From Heteronotia binoei (taxonomy: Eukaryota), in NCBI RefSeq assembly GCF_032191835.1, contig NC_083225.1:54994001-55058000 (forward strand): a stretch of 64,000 bases of DNA, given 5' to 3'. The notes below the pieces were generated by a model. The model ran no database searches and was not told the DNA's origin. It saw only the letters and a program-made list of their open reading frames with translations. Of this stretch, positions 43,870-56,519 are shown piece by piece. The translations under genes were made by a program, and so were the position numbers. The stretch's first letter is position 1; every line of letters begins with the position of its first letter.

Positions 43870-44240
43870 GTGCTGAGGGAGAGGAGCGTTGGATGCGGAC
43901 TCGCTTCCAACCATGTTTCCTTAAAGCGACGCCCCGCAGGCCGACATAGCAGATCTTCGGAGATCGCACGCTGCGACCTGCAGTTCATTGGTCAGTGGTG
44001 CTAGCCGACCGGCCCCGAAACGCGAGCGCGGCTAAAATGGCCCGAGAGCGCCGATGAGGGAGAAGGGATCAAAATGCCTAATCCCAGAGAGGTAACGAGA
44101 AACAAGGGGCAGGGAGAGCGTTACCAGGAGACCAACAAAAGAGTGCGGGGAGATTGTTGTGGTAAGCCTGTAGGGGGCAGCGCGTATAATGAAGCGGATG
44201 CGGTCTGAAGAAAATCGTAGCCGCTGATAACGGGATAGAT
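43870..44240. promoter_or_regulatory. CpG island, probable C2orf15 (-) / TSGA10-leader (+) bidirectional promoter
   Basis: Dense CpG. YY1-like AAAATGGC at 44034-44041. Plus-strand donor at 44092. X-box at 44120-44132. Octamer ATGCAAAT at 44367-44374. Lies about 7 kb upstream of the C2orf15 ATG. Confidence 0.65.
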
Positions 44241-45852
44241 TCAACAGCCGTGTTGGTCTGATGCAGGACAAAGTTTGGGGTACAATGTGGTACCTTTAAG
44301 GCCAACAAAGTTTAATTCAAATAATAAAACTTTGTTGGTTTTAAAGGTGCGGCGTGCTTGGGAAATATGCAAATTAATCCTATCCCGCCTTCACTCGTGA
44401 TTATTTGTTCCCTCTCTTTTTTAAATTGCAATTTTGACGTTTGCATTCCCAGGATTAGCATTTGCCCTAAAGAGACCAGACTGACCACCAGCAGTTAAAT
44501 TCTGAAGCAAAACAAACGCCAGTGCCATGTTGACTGACACCTTGTCTTCTAACAAAAAACAGGTAGAACATGATCGACTTTGTTTTTACGTATAATTAAT
44601 TCAGATAGTTTTTAAAATAACATTGGCTACTAGTATGCTCAAAACTGGTTAAATTAAGAAAAAAATGTTTTTAAATAAAAGCAAGCATTTTCTTCACTTA
44701 CTGTCACCGTTAGCCTAACCTAAGAAGGCAAACTATTTTGTAATCCTATGCAGAGTTACTATCCAAGTTAACTAAGATCAGTTGACATAGGTTGGTGTTC
44801 CTCTGTGTAGCATTGCACTGGCTAATCATAAAGAGCACTCATGAACAATTCAGGCATATTTTAAAAGTATTCTTCCAGTTTGTTTATTTCCACATGCAGA
44901 TAGTCATGCTGCATGGACATTAGTTTAATACAACTTTATTAAAAGGATGTAATTCCTTATCAGTGATAATTTATGTAGCAACTTTTAATAGTACTATTTA
45001 TCTATTTGTTTTAAATGGATGCTTTCTTAAAAGAGAACTCATAATGTATGTAATTAACAACAGCTAGACTGCTTCTGGCAAAAAGCTGATGAGGGGTAAT
45101 CACCCACCTTCCAAAACAGGTCTAATGAAATTTGGAATAATGACAATGGACAAGATCTTGACAAAACTGAAAAGTATGGAAAATCCCTATTATATCTTGG
45201 ACTTTTAAAAAAAATAGACCTCCCTTATTTCATATGCAGAATCAGTGGAAAAATTGTATAAGATACCGGTAATCTAAATTTAAGGATACACATATACACA
45301 CTGCTAGTTTTATTGTATGGTACATTTAAAATATGACATGTGCCAATATAATATATTGCTGACAAATATGTAATTGTAATGTTTTACATTCCATCTTTAC
45401 AATATGCAAAAGATCCTTGTCTTTGTAGCTCCTGTGCCTTTATTTAAGGACCCTCTGTTATCGTAAATCTGTTATAATTTCAAATTCAAAAATAAAAGGC
45501 TTCAAAATAGATAAATGTGCCACTATTGTATCAGTTTCTGGGTGGGATCCAAGCCATAATCACTATGGGTGTAACTGGGCACAAGACTAAGTCCTATTGA
45601 GGCTGCAGACATCTTCAATATAATGACTTCTGGCAGTATAATTCAAATCGTACAACAAATCTATGTAAGTTAAAAATGTACACAGAAAATCATCAAATGA
45701 GATTGCCCTTCATGCTGCTTTGTCTGTTTCCTTCACAGGTGACGACAAAAGAAGACCTTGTGTTAGCAGATACATTTTCTGAAAGCAACCAAGTTTCAAA
45801 ATTTGAAGAAAAGATTGAAAACAGACAAAATCATCCAAAAGTTGCACCTTGA
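44074..45852 (+). CDS. Candidate spliced small ORF/uORF, 43 aa: join(44074..44091,45739..45852) MPNPREVTTKEDLVLADTFSESNQVSKFEEKIENRQNHPKVAP*. Probably in the TSGA10 5' leader.
   Basis: ATG inside a CpG island, donor GAG|gtaacg, acceptor ctgtttccttcacag|G. Of the three frames in the 115-nt second exon, only the spliced one is open to the end. The TSGA10 link rests on synteny only. Confidence 0.45.
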
Positions 45853-47299
45853 GGTTTTGTCATTTTTCCAAATATTTTGGCCATTTATAACAACTGAAAC
45901 TATGCAATAATTGAAATATGACATCACTTATTTAGCGTAATCACTCAGCAGTGAAAACCAGGTAAATGGTTTTGTCTTCTCAGTAAAGCTTTAGGAACTT
46001 ATAATAGCGCCAAAATAACACTAACGATTGTACAGTAGCATTTACTCAATATCTGATGACATTTGTAATTATGACTCAGTATCCCTGTTTGCTAATGGAT
46101 CTTCCCAATACAGACTGACATAAAATCATACTATGGAGAGTAGCTGCAATTTCTGAATGTTTTGGGATTACTTTGCTTTTATCAGTTTGGATTTAGACAT
46201 GACAGAATAAAAATTGCCTTGTATAGGTTGGTAAATTCTTTAGAAATGACATCTAGATTTGTCATTAGTAAAGTGAGATATTTTAAGGCCAAACTTGGTA
46301 TCATTTAATAACTTCATTTTCTTGAAATCTATTAAATAACAGTAGAAGCTACAGTAGAATATTCTTAGGTTACAATATTATTTTCTGGTGATATATTTTT
46401 CCTGATAGTGTTACTGAATCTATTCTGTTCTTTAACACTTATACTGCGTTTAAAGAAGTTTATGTCATGCTAAAATATACTCCAAAATTTTAACAAAGAC
46501 AAATGATTATCTGCAATAATTCCACAAAACATTATTAGTATTCGTGTTTTTTTATTTTGTAGCAGAATCTCCGTTTCTTTTGACCATAGTACAACTTGAA
46601 CTGTTCATAAATCATACGTTGATCTGAGGAGTAAACTGTGACCTTTCAGAATACATTTGATTAATTTATCTGAATTAATTAAAGAAATATTGATACTGAA
46701 CAAAATTAAAAATTAAAAAATTAAACCATAAAAAAGGACAGAGATATTTTCCATTTCAGGAATTTTTTTTACATCTGAAGAACAACAAAAATACTCAGTT
46801 CCTCAACTGCACATTTTGACAAGAATGTCATTTTAAAAAAAGTACAAAGTGGTATCTAGGAAATCTCATGGTATGCAGAAAACCCTACCTTCTATTCAGA
46901 TGACATCATTTTTCTGCCCACCTGATAATCAACAGTGATGAAGTTTGCTATGTCACTAAGCTAGCAACAGATGAGAAATCCTAGGGTGAGTACACAAACC
47001 CATATTCTTCCCTCCAATATTTTTTAAGCCCTTGGTGGTTTGAGTAGGTCACATAACACTCAGTAAGCTCATGAAGGATTGGCTATATCAGGGGTGTGTG
47101 GCCTAATATGCAAAGGAGTTCCTGCTCCAAAAAACCCCCCTGGTCATAGATGATTTCATCCATCATAGTAGATGACCGTATCCATGTTCACATATGCTTT
47201 TTTGTGAAGGTATATGGTTACTGCTGTTATTACTTGTGGCCCTCTGTCCTTTATTTATTGTTTTACTGTTTTTGTTTAATTTTAATGTATTGTTTTAAC

Positions 47300-47405
47300 T
47301 CTGAATTATAGGCTTTTGTTATTGCTGTATGTTGTGATCCACCCTGAGCCCGTTTATGGGAAAGGGCGGAGTATAAGTCTACTAAATAAACAAACAAACA
47401 AACAA

Positions 47406-47460
<55 letters not shown>
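47300..47460 (+). repeat. L2-type 3' tail followed by a compound (AAAC)n(ATAC)n(AT)n microsatellite
   Basis: GATCCACCCTGAGCCC..GGGCGGAGTATAAG, then the simple repeats at 47382-47460. Confidence 0.8.
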
Positions 47461-47463
<3 letters not shown>

Positions 47464-48059
47464 TAAGTCAATGCAATGCATGCCATTGTTACAATCTTCA
47501 GGTAATCAAGCAGTTTCGAGTAATGAGAATAATTGCCCCAGTCCTACTTAGTGCCTTTTAATATTTTTAGCATATGGTTATATTAATAAAATGTAAATTT
47601 AGACTGACTTTTTGGAAAAGATCATTGACAAACCAATGCAAAGCAAGTCATCACTTCAACTGTAGGTTAAAAAAATTGCCAGCTTTCAATTACATCTCCT
47701 GTTGTAACAAATTATTGTAGACACACTTAAAATATTAGGCAGTGTACCCTGACACATAAAATCTAGATGAAATCAGGTGCAATTCAGTGTATTTTACATA
47801 TGATGCAGTAAGATGATTTCTCTTTCCTTCTTTTCCCCTTTAACTGATTCTGAGTTCTAGGTATTTCATTCAAGAATTACTAGATCATCTTTTAATATTT
47901 ATCTCCAGTTAACTAAACTCTCAGAGCTGTTACCTACATTCATATTATTTTGTCCAAGGCTCTAAATTCAAATCACTTTGGACCAAATCATGTCCTTCAC
48001 TGTAATAAAAAAAATAACTCTATGATACTAACATTGGACTTTGAGAGGGCAGATAATAT

Positions 48060-49575
48060 GTATGTGTGTGTTACTATCAAGTCTACTTATGGTGACCCTA
48101 TAAATTAATTATCTCCAAAACGTCCTATCATTAGCAACCTTGCTCAGGTCTTGGACTGTGAAGGCTATGGCTTTCTTGACTGAGTCAATCCATCTCATGT
48201 TGGGCCTTCCACGTTTCCTGCTACTGTCAACTTTTCCTAGAATTACTGTCTTTTCCAGTGACTTTTCTCTTCAGAATGTAACCAAAGTATCATAGTCTCA
48301 GTTTAGTTATTTCAGCTTATAGGAAGTTCAAGCTTGATTTGATCTAGAACCCACTTGTCTTTTTTTGGTGGTAACCAGTATCCATGAACTCTTCTCCAAA
48401 CCACATTTCAAATGAATCTACTTCCTGTCAGCTTTCTTCCTTGTCCAACTTTGATATCCAACTTGTCTGACTTTTCACATAGTAATGTGGAATACTATGG
48501 AAGAAATTACCTTGGTGACCAGTAACACATCCTTTCATTTACTAATCTTTTCTAGCTCCTTCATGGTTGCACTCTCCAGTCTCAATCTCCTTCTGATTTC
48601 TTTGGTGCAGTCTCACTTTTGGTTGATGGAGCCTTGAACAATTTCAGTTTCTTTGGCTGTTGTAGATTTTCCAGGCTGTATTTGTTTTCTTAATGTTCAG
48701 CTGGCTCTGGCACTTTCTGCTGTAATCTTCATCAGGAGTTTTTTCAAGTCTTCACTATTTTCTGCCAGTAATGTGGTGTCATCACATTTTAAATTGCTAA
48801 TTTTACTTTCATTTAAATCTAATTCAGTTTTCCATACATGTTCTACAGATAGATTGAAGAAGTAGGGAGATAAAATACATCCTTGCCTGACACATTTGCT
48901 AATTGGAAACCATTCTCCCCCCCACCCACCTCAAAAAAAAATTTTTTTTTCCTAACTGTAGCCTCTTGCCTAGAAAACATGTTTCACATTAATCAGATAT
49001 TGTGATACATCCATTTATTCTAAAACCAGCCATGGTTTTTCACAATCCAGAGTCAAAAGCTTTGCTGTAATCATAACCTAATTTTCGTTTGAAATTTCTC
49101 ATATGTTCCAGAAACCAATGTAACTTTGCAATATGATCTCTAGTGCCTCTTTCTTTTTTGAATCCAGTTTCAACAACCAGCATTTCTCATTCCATATATA
49201 ATAATCTTTGTTGTAAAACTTTGAGCATCACTTTACTTGCGTTAGAAATTAGTGCAGTGGTCTGATAGCTGCTGCAGTGTTTGATGTCTTCTTTTTTGGA
49301 ATTGGAATGTAGATTGTTTCCAGTCTGTGGGCCATTGTTTTGTTTTGTTGGCATAATCTTGTTAAGATTTTGATGAATTCCATCTTTGTGGCTTGGAATA
49401 GCTCTATTGATTTCCCATCTACTCCTGGTGATTTGTTTTGCCCAATGGCTTTCAGTGCAGCTTTCACTTTCTAAAACTGTAGGTTATATTTAAAGGTTTC
49501 TTCTTTGAAGGAATCTGCCATCCTTTCATCTCTTCTGTACAGATCTTCAGTGTATTCTTCCCAGCTTTTCTTTAT
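48060..49575 (-). mobile_element. Degraded BovB LINE
   Basis: KAALKAIGQNKSPGVDGKSIELFQ..IYIPIPKK remnant. The 3' end matches the BovB tail at 32960-33185. Confidence 0.8.
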
Positions 49576-49599
49576 TTAACCCTGCTCAATTAATGTATT

Positions 49600-52500
49600 T
49601 CCGATTTTTAAAAAATCTTAAATTGACTTTCCAAAAACCAATATTACAATAATATCAATAATAGGTGGGTCAATTTAACATACTCATTGGAAGGAGGATT
49701 AATTACATAAGTATTAATACAAAAGGAAGAACTAAACAAAAGAAACAAAAAAAGATTAAGTAATAGTATCAAAATTGTTAATTTGGAATGATACATTTTA
49801 AATAAGTATTGTTTTCACCAAATTGGATAACCAAGGTTTTGGATTGTCCAAATCAGAAAGGTAGTTTATAAACGGCATCCAAACTGAGTCAAAATTGGTG
49901 CTATAAGAGTCTATGTCAGACTCATGTATAATAAAGTCAATTTTAGCTATTAAACAAAAGTCTGTTGCTTTTTTTCAGGTTTATTTTTCAGGAGTATTTT
50001 CAGGTTCTCTTCAGTGCCAACCGCGTAGTTCAAGATTCAGCAATCCACCTCACCCCACTTCAACCGGTGAAAACAGAGTTGGATGAGATCCCCACCCTAG
50101 AAGAGACTGTTAAAGCCATCAAGCAACTGAAAAGTGGCAAGGCAGCAGGAGTTGATGGAATTCCACCAGAGATCTGGAAGCATGGGGGCACAGTACTACA
50201 TAGCTCACTTCACAAAGTACTTGTCACCTGCTGGGAACAAGGCAAATTACCACAGGACTTTCGCGATGCAATCATCATCACCCTATACAAGAACAAAGGG
50301 GAAAAGTCAGACTGCTCCAACTACCGGGGGATAACCCTACTCTCCATCGCAGGCAAAATCCTTGCCAGAATACTCCTGAACAGACTGGTGCCCACCATTG
50401 CAGAAGAACTCCTCCCAGAGAGCCAGTGCGGCTTCAGAGCTAACAGGAGCACCACCGACATGGTATTTGTTCTCAGGCAGCTCCAAGAGAAATGCAGGGA
50501 ACAGAACAAGGCTCTGTATGTGACTTTTGTCGACCTTACCAAAGCTTTCGATACCGTTAGCAGGAAAGGCCTGTGGCAAATCTTGGAACGTTTAGGATGT
50601 CCCCCAAGGTTCCTCAGCATGATCATCCAGCTACACGAAGACCAGCGAGGCCAAGTCAGACACTGCAACGACCTCTCGGAGCCCTTCCCAATAGGCACAG
50701 GTGTGAAGCAAGGCTGCGTTCTCGCTCCAACTCTCTTTACGATCTTCTTTAGCATGATGCTTCAAAGAGCCGCAGTAGATCTAGATGAGGACGATGGTGT
50801 CTACATCCGCTATCGCACCGATGGCAGCCTGTTCAACCTGAGGCGACTAAAGGCACACTCCAAGACAATGGAAAAACTCATCCAAGAGCTACTGTTTGCT
50901 GATGATGCTGCACTCGTCTCCCACTCGGTATCAGCTCTGCAGCATATGACGTCCTGCTTTGCAGAGGCTGCCAAGCTATTCGGCCTAGAAGTTAGTCTGA
51001 AGAAGACAGAAGTTCTCCACCAGCCTGCACCCCAGGAAGATTATCACCCTCCCTGCATCACTGTGGGTGAATCAGTTCTGAAGACAGTCCAGCAGTTCAG
51101 CTACCTGGGGTGCATCATCTCCTCAGATGCCAGGATCGACAAGGAGATTGACAACAGGCTGGCAAAGGCAAACCGTGCCTTTGGTTGACTGCACAAAAGA
51201 GTGTGGAGCAACAAGCATCTGAAAAAAGGCACAAAGATCAATGTTTACAAAGCGGTTGTGATGACAACCCTCATCTATGGCTCCGAATCGTGGGTCTTAT
51301 ACCGTCATCACCTGCGACTCCTTGAGCGCTTTCATCAGCGCTGCCTTCGCACCATCCTCAACATCCACTGGAGTGACTTTGTGACCAACACTGAAGTCCT
51401 CAAGCGGGCAGAGGTTACCAGCATCGAGGCACTGCTGTTGAAGACGCAGCTGCGCTGGGCAGGGCATATTTCTAGGATGGAAAACCACCGCCTTCCCAAG
51501 ATTGCCCTGTATGGCGAACTCTCCACCGGCCATCGAAATAGAGGGGCACCAAAGAAGAGGTACAAGGACTCCTTGAAGAAATCCCTTAGCACCTGTCACA
51601 TCAACCATCACCAGTGGTCTGACCTAGCCTCAGATCGCAAAGCATGGAGGCACACCATCCACCAGGCTGTCTCTTCCTTTGAGAACGCACGCATAGCTGG
51701 TCTTGAGGACAAAAGGAGATTGAGGAAGAATCGCACTGCTACAGGACCAACCCTAAATCAGACTTTTCCCTGCAGCCGCTGTGGCCGGACCTGCCTGTCC
51801 CACATTGGTCTTGTCAGCCACCAGCGAGCCTGCAACAAACGTGGACTATTGCACCCTTCTTAAATCTTCGTTCGCGAAGCCAAGCCGAGAGAGAGAGTTG
51901 CTTTTTTTCAGCCATTCAATAATAGAAGGTACATGGGTGTTCTTCCAAGATCTTGCCAATGTTGCTTTAGCTGCTGTGCACAGTATCACTATTAATTCTT
52001 TACTAATTGAAGGTATTTTTAAAGTATCCCAATTATATAATAGAACTGATTCTATAATATAGGTATAATACAGGACATAATATTACAGATTTGCTTCCAT
52101 AATATTACAGATTTTCTTCCAAAATTCCATAATACATGGACATGATCACCAGCAGTGCTTATAAGAATCTATAGCTCCACAATTTTTCCAGCACAAAGGG
52201 GATGTAGATATATGCATAACATTTAATTTCTGTGGTGTTAAATACCATCGTGTTAAACATTTAAAAGACTGTATATTGCTGTATATTGAACAGATACTGC
52301 TTTAGATTGTAATCAGGAGACTTCCAAATATTTCACATTGGTCATCAGTTAAAAATTTCTCTAGGTCGTTGTGCCGAGATTTAATATATGTAGTTGGTTT
52401 ATTATTATTCACAGAGAGTAATATTCTGTACATTTTAGGTAAAAGGCCTTTAAAACATAATGATTTGGAAACTATTAAATTTCCAAACTCAATCAATTGT

Positions 52501-52690
52501 CTTTTAAGATTCAGTTGAATGCTAGTTGCAGATGGTAATACAGCATCAACATTAGGTAATAAGGAACCATTTTTAACAATATCTACAATTCAAATTAATT
52601 CTTTTGCCCTCATATTTTTATAAGATTGGTGTGTTAACACTGGCAGACACCACTCTTGCCCAACATAACAGGATACATGTGAGCCAATTT
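49600..52690 (-). mobile_element. L1/Tx1-like LINE 3' fragment split by the RTE insertion
   Basis: Minus-strand RWYLTPQKLNVMHISTSPLCWKNCGAIDSYKHCW*SCPCIMEFW is the Cys-rich ORF2 C-terminus. The frame continues across the RTE TSD. Confidence 0.75.
49979..51896 (+). mobile_element. Young 5'-truncated RTE-clade LINE with a 15-bp TSD
   Basis: RT motifs KAAGVDGIPPE, NYRGITLLS, QCGFRANRST, FVDLTKAFDTV, GVKQGCVLAP and LFADD. One premature TGA (51186-51188). TSD GTTGCTTTTTTTCAG at 49964-49978 and 51897-51911. Confidence 0.95.
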
Positions 52691-52697
52691 ATTTTTA

Positions 52698-52975
52698 GGA
52701 GAGCCAGTTTGGTGTAGTGGTTAAATGCGTGCACTCTTATCTGGGAGAACCGGGCTTGATTCCCCACTCCTCCACTTTCACCTTCTAGCATGGCCTTGGG
52801 TCAGCCATAGCTCTGGCAGAGGTTGTTCTTGAAAGGGCAGCTGCTGTGAGAGCCCTCTCCAGCCCCACCCACCTCACAGGGTGTCTGTTATGGGGGAGGA
52901 AGGTAAAGGAGATTGTGAGCAGCTCTGAGACTCTTCAGAGTGGAGGGCTGGATATAAATCCAATATCTTCTTCTT
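52698..52975 (+). mobile_element. Full-length tRNA-head, L2-tail SINE (Squam3-like)
   Basis: A-box TGGTGTAGTGG, B-box GGCTTGATTCCC, tail GGAGGGCTGGATATAAATCCAATAT(CTT)n. Confidence 0.8.
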
Positions 52976-53229
52976 TAAGCTTATCCCATAGTTCTAATGT
53001 AATATACAAAAAGAGATTGGCTTTAATTGTTGCAGGTCAATTACAAGATGTATTCTAAATAACTTCATAAGACTGTTTGGGGAAAATAAAAAAACTTTCT
53101 ATTAATATCCAATCTAATTCTGTTTCAGTCTGCGCCATTCCAATCAAATTTGCCAATTGGGCAGCTTGATAATACAAAGTTCAGATAGGCCATGCCACCC
53201 ATTTGAGATGGTATAGTTAAGACGTTAAA

Positions 53230-53840
53230 GCCAACTTTGCTTTTTAATAATTCCATATAAATATATTCAGTGATTCCTGCATGTGTTTCCATGTTGATCT
53301 TTCAGCATGCTTAACCATGCTTTAAATTTCCCTCTGATTCCTTGAATCTTGTGGAACAGATCTGTAATTATTTGAATTTGTGTGTATGTGTTCCTTTAAT
53401 TGCTGGTAAGATGCAGTAAAGAAAGGGGGGTGAATGAGGAGGAGTGAGATGATTGGTTGGTGACTGAAAGAGAGTGTGGGCAGAACTAAGAAAATACATG
53501 AAGAGGGAGAGAGAGGTCAATCAGCAGTGAACTCTCAGCAGAATGACAGCAGTTAACAGTCAGTTGTGGTCAGTTAGCAGACTACAGAATCTGAGAAGCA
53601 GTCTTCTGATTAGAATCCCATACTAGTGCTGTAAATGGCAGTAAGATTCTAGGGAAGAAAAGCAGAATACTTTAGAGGCATATTAGGGGCTAGATAGAGA
53701 GCCAAAACCTAATACTGTCAAGAGTATTACAGGAGTGTGAGAGACAGAAGCTGTCAGAAAGTTGAGTTAGGAAGAGAAAGAAGGATTTTAGAGTGAAGAG
53801 TGTGTGAAGTCAGAGTGACACTTTTGGTTTACAGTATACC
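53230..53840. mobile_element. Possible solo LTR-like sequence
   Basis: Purine-rich GAGA/CAGTT motif structure typical of squamate Gypsy LTRs. TG..CA ends and TSD not resolved. Confidence 0.3.
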
Positions 53841-54829
53841 TTGCCTTAGGCAGGTTGGTCGCATTGATTCTAATATTGTAATCTATTTATTTAAAATATT
53901 TATTAGCCTCCATTCATCCTTATGGAGCTCAAGGCAGTTTATAATTTAAAACACAAAATAAAATGCATTAAAACATAAAAACAATTCCTACTGCATTGTT
54001 CATTGGTTGTTTAGTGCTGTTTGGCTGCATTGTTTTATATTCTGTTGTTTGCCTTGAGTCTCAAGGATAAAGGCAAGCTATAAATAAATAAATATGTTGA
54101 ATGCTGCCCCATATGAAAATCTTCCTGTATGAAATAAACAATAACATTAAAGACAATGCAGTGCTACAATGAACCTTTATCTATGGTGCTGCGCATGCGA
54201 GGACTGGTGTTTGTTTTTTTGTAACTTAAAAGGAACATTTAAGAATATGACATAGCTCACATACAAGGGCACAGTCCAGTATTCTCCTCCCTCAATCTAC
54301 GACTTCATTCTGCATAATATGTAGATCAGTGGTTGAGAACCGAGATATATGGCTATGGGCCTGATTACCACATTGCTTCAGTCAGTGAAAATGATGGTGA
54401 AAACAATGTGCTTAAATATTCTGCAGGATATTATTCTGCTGACAGTATCATCAGTAAAAAATTTTACAGTAATTGCTTATTGACCCCATTCCATTTTTCA
54501 AAATTACTACTTGGCTGTTTGAAGCACTCCTACAGAAGTTAAGGAAAATCTCACTTTGAAATTCCTTTGTAAGAAGAGCACTGGTACTCTTAGGTCAGCA
54601 ACTGAATGTTGTGATTTTTGATGTCAAACTTATGTCTGTTAATTCTTTGCATCTTGCTGGACTGAATCCTTCTGGATGGAATTGAGACCTAGGTTTCCTG
54701 TCTCATTACCAATGCTGGTATCTCCAAGTCTATTACCCCTCTGCATATCACACCTAATCCAATCAAACCTGTTATTGCCATTTGACATCTGATATCACCT
54801 TTATAAAATTTATATCTGTGGTACCTCAT

Positions 54830-55128
54830 GTTAAGAGCCCTGTGGCAAAGAGTGGTAAAACTGCAGTACTGCAGTCGGAGCCCTCTGCTCACGACCTGAG
54901 TTCGATCCCAGTGAAAACTGGTTCAGGTAGCTGGCTCCAGGTCGACTCAACCTTCCATCCTTCCAAGGTCGGTAAAATGAGTACCCAGCTTGCTGGGGGG
55001 AAAGTGTAGATGACTGGGGAAGGCAATGGCAAACCACCCCGTAAAAAGTCTGCCGTGAAAACGTAAAAGCAACATCACCCCAGTGTCAAAAATGACTGGT
55101 GCTTGCACAGGGGACTACCTTTACCTCT
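54830..55128 (+). mobile_element. Full-length Sauria SINE
   Basis: tRNA-like head (GTGGCAAAGAGTGG, GAGTTCGATCCC), GTCGACTCAACCTTCCATCCTTCC core and BovB-like GGCAATGGCAAACCACCCC tail ending ACCTTTACCT. Confidence 0.88.
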
Positions 55129-56174
55129 TCACCTCATGTTACATTTTATGCCATGCATGGTCTGGCCCAACAGTGACATTTATGTCAAATCTGGCCTTTG
55201 TTACAATTGAGTTTGACACCTCTGCTATAAACAGTGCAGAAACTGGAATTACAACAGCACAAGACAATACAGCATGACCTACAGAATTTTACCGCTGCTA
55301 TTTTCAACCCTGTTCTACATGTAAAGACTTAGACTGATTCCTCACTAGCAGTCGCTTCACCCCTGGGCTTCTGCTTTCCTCAGATCAAGGGATCAATTCT
55401 CCACCAGTTGCTGCACAGCTGCATTTTGATCCAGAGCTCCCTCCAATTTTTTTTTTAAGATTTGGAAGCTGCGAGAGAAGTTGGAGGGGAGCAGTGGAAA
55501 GCAGAAGCCTGGTGGGTGGAGTGGGGGCAACTGCTAGTGAGGGATTGGTCTTAGCCTCAAATAAGGCTGAAACCATTGAAATAGTGGCAAACTTCCTTTA
55601 CTGTGCTTATAAGATAAGTCTGTTTAGAGTGTTTAATTAACCACCTTTTTTCCTGCTTCCTTGATTTGATACTGTTGTTGTTATGTTAATAAAGGTTCTG
55701 TGACTGTGTGACTATGCAAACTGTTTAAACTTCCTTAATTACTTGGTAACAAATGTGTAAAAATACGCATGCTCACTTGCCACGGCAATATTGATGAAGC
55801 TTACATGAAAGCTTACATTCTCAATAAAACTCTGTTGGTTTTAAAGGCGCTACTGGACTCCCAACTTTGTTCTATTGCTTCAGACCAATACTGCTCCCCA
55901 CCTGTACAGTGACACCCTTTAATGGCATGACAGCATCACAAGCCCACCTGTATTTATTTTAAAATAGTGAAAGCTGGGGTGATGGTTGGTTACATTTGAG
56001 GTCTGTGAATTCCAAGCCTGACAGTAATGCTCCAAAAATATTTATTTATTTATTTAAAAACTGTATAGATTGCCTTTTCAGAAAATATGTTCAAATAAAA
56101 ATGAAATCTGCGCATGCAAAGCTTAGCATCAATTAACATTTACCTTTTACTTATTCACATATTCTTGATTAGAA

Positions 56175-56268
56175 TTTATATATGTGTGTGTATACATATA
56201 TATGTGTGCATATGTACACACATATATACATACAACACATATATATATACACACACACACACATACAA
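56175..56268. repeat. Compound (TA)/(TG)/(CA) alternating purine-pyrimidine microsatellite
   Basis: Direct reading of the sequence. Confidence 0.9.
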
Positions 56269-56519
56269 CAGTATGTGAACAGGAAAAAGGCAAATGCCTT
56301 CAAGGGAAATAAACAGCCATTACACAAAGCTAGATTTGACTGCTGTTAAGCTACACACGACACGCACACACGGGGGAACGCATCAGAATAAGCATACCTA
56401 GTTAGATTTTCAAAAGGAAGTATGAGAGCTACGGTACCCTGCAGAAACATTACTTGTTTATTGTGGTAACGGTTTTATAAGCAAGACTCTTGGTTACGAA
56501 AGTTAAAAGTTGAAAAAAG

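Noticed and set aside
52698-52765. tRNA-like A/B boxes here and 5S-like segments at 17052-17118, 14830-14900 and 42880-42950
   Set aside because: These are SINE heads fused to LINE-derived tails. No cloverleaf or full-length 5S gene is present.
55785-55825. TTGATGA-AGCTTACAT-GAAAGCTT as an active hammerhead
   Set aside because: Stem II is absent, replaced by a short duplication of downstream sequence. Counted only as a decayed member of the PLE-type family.
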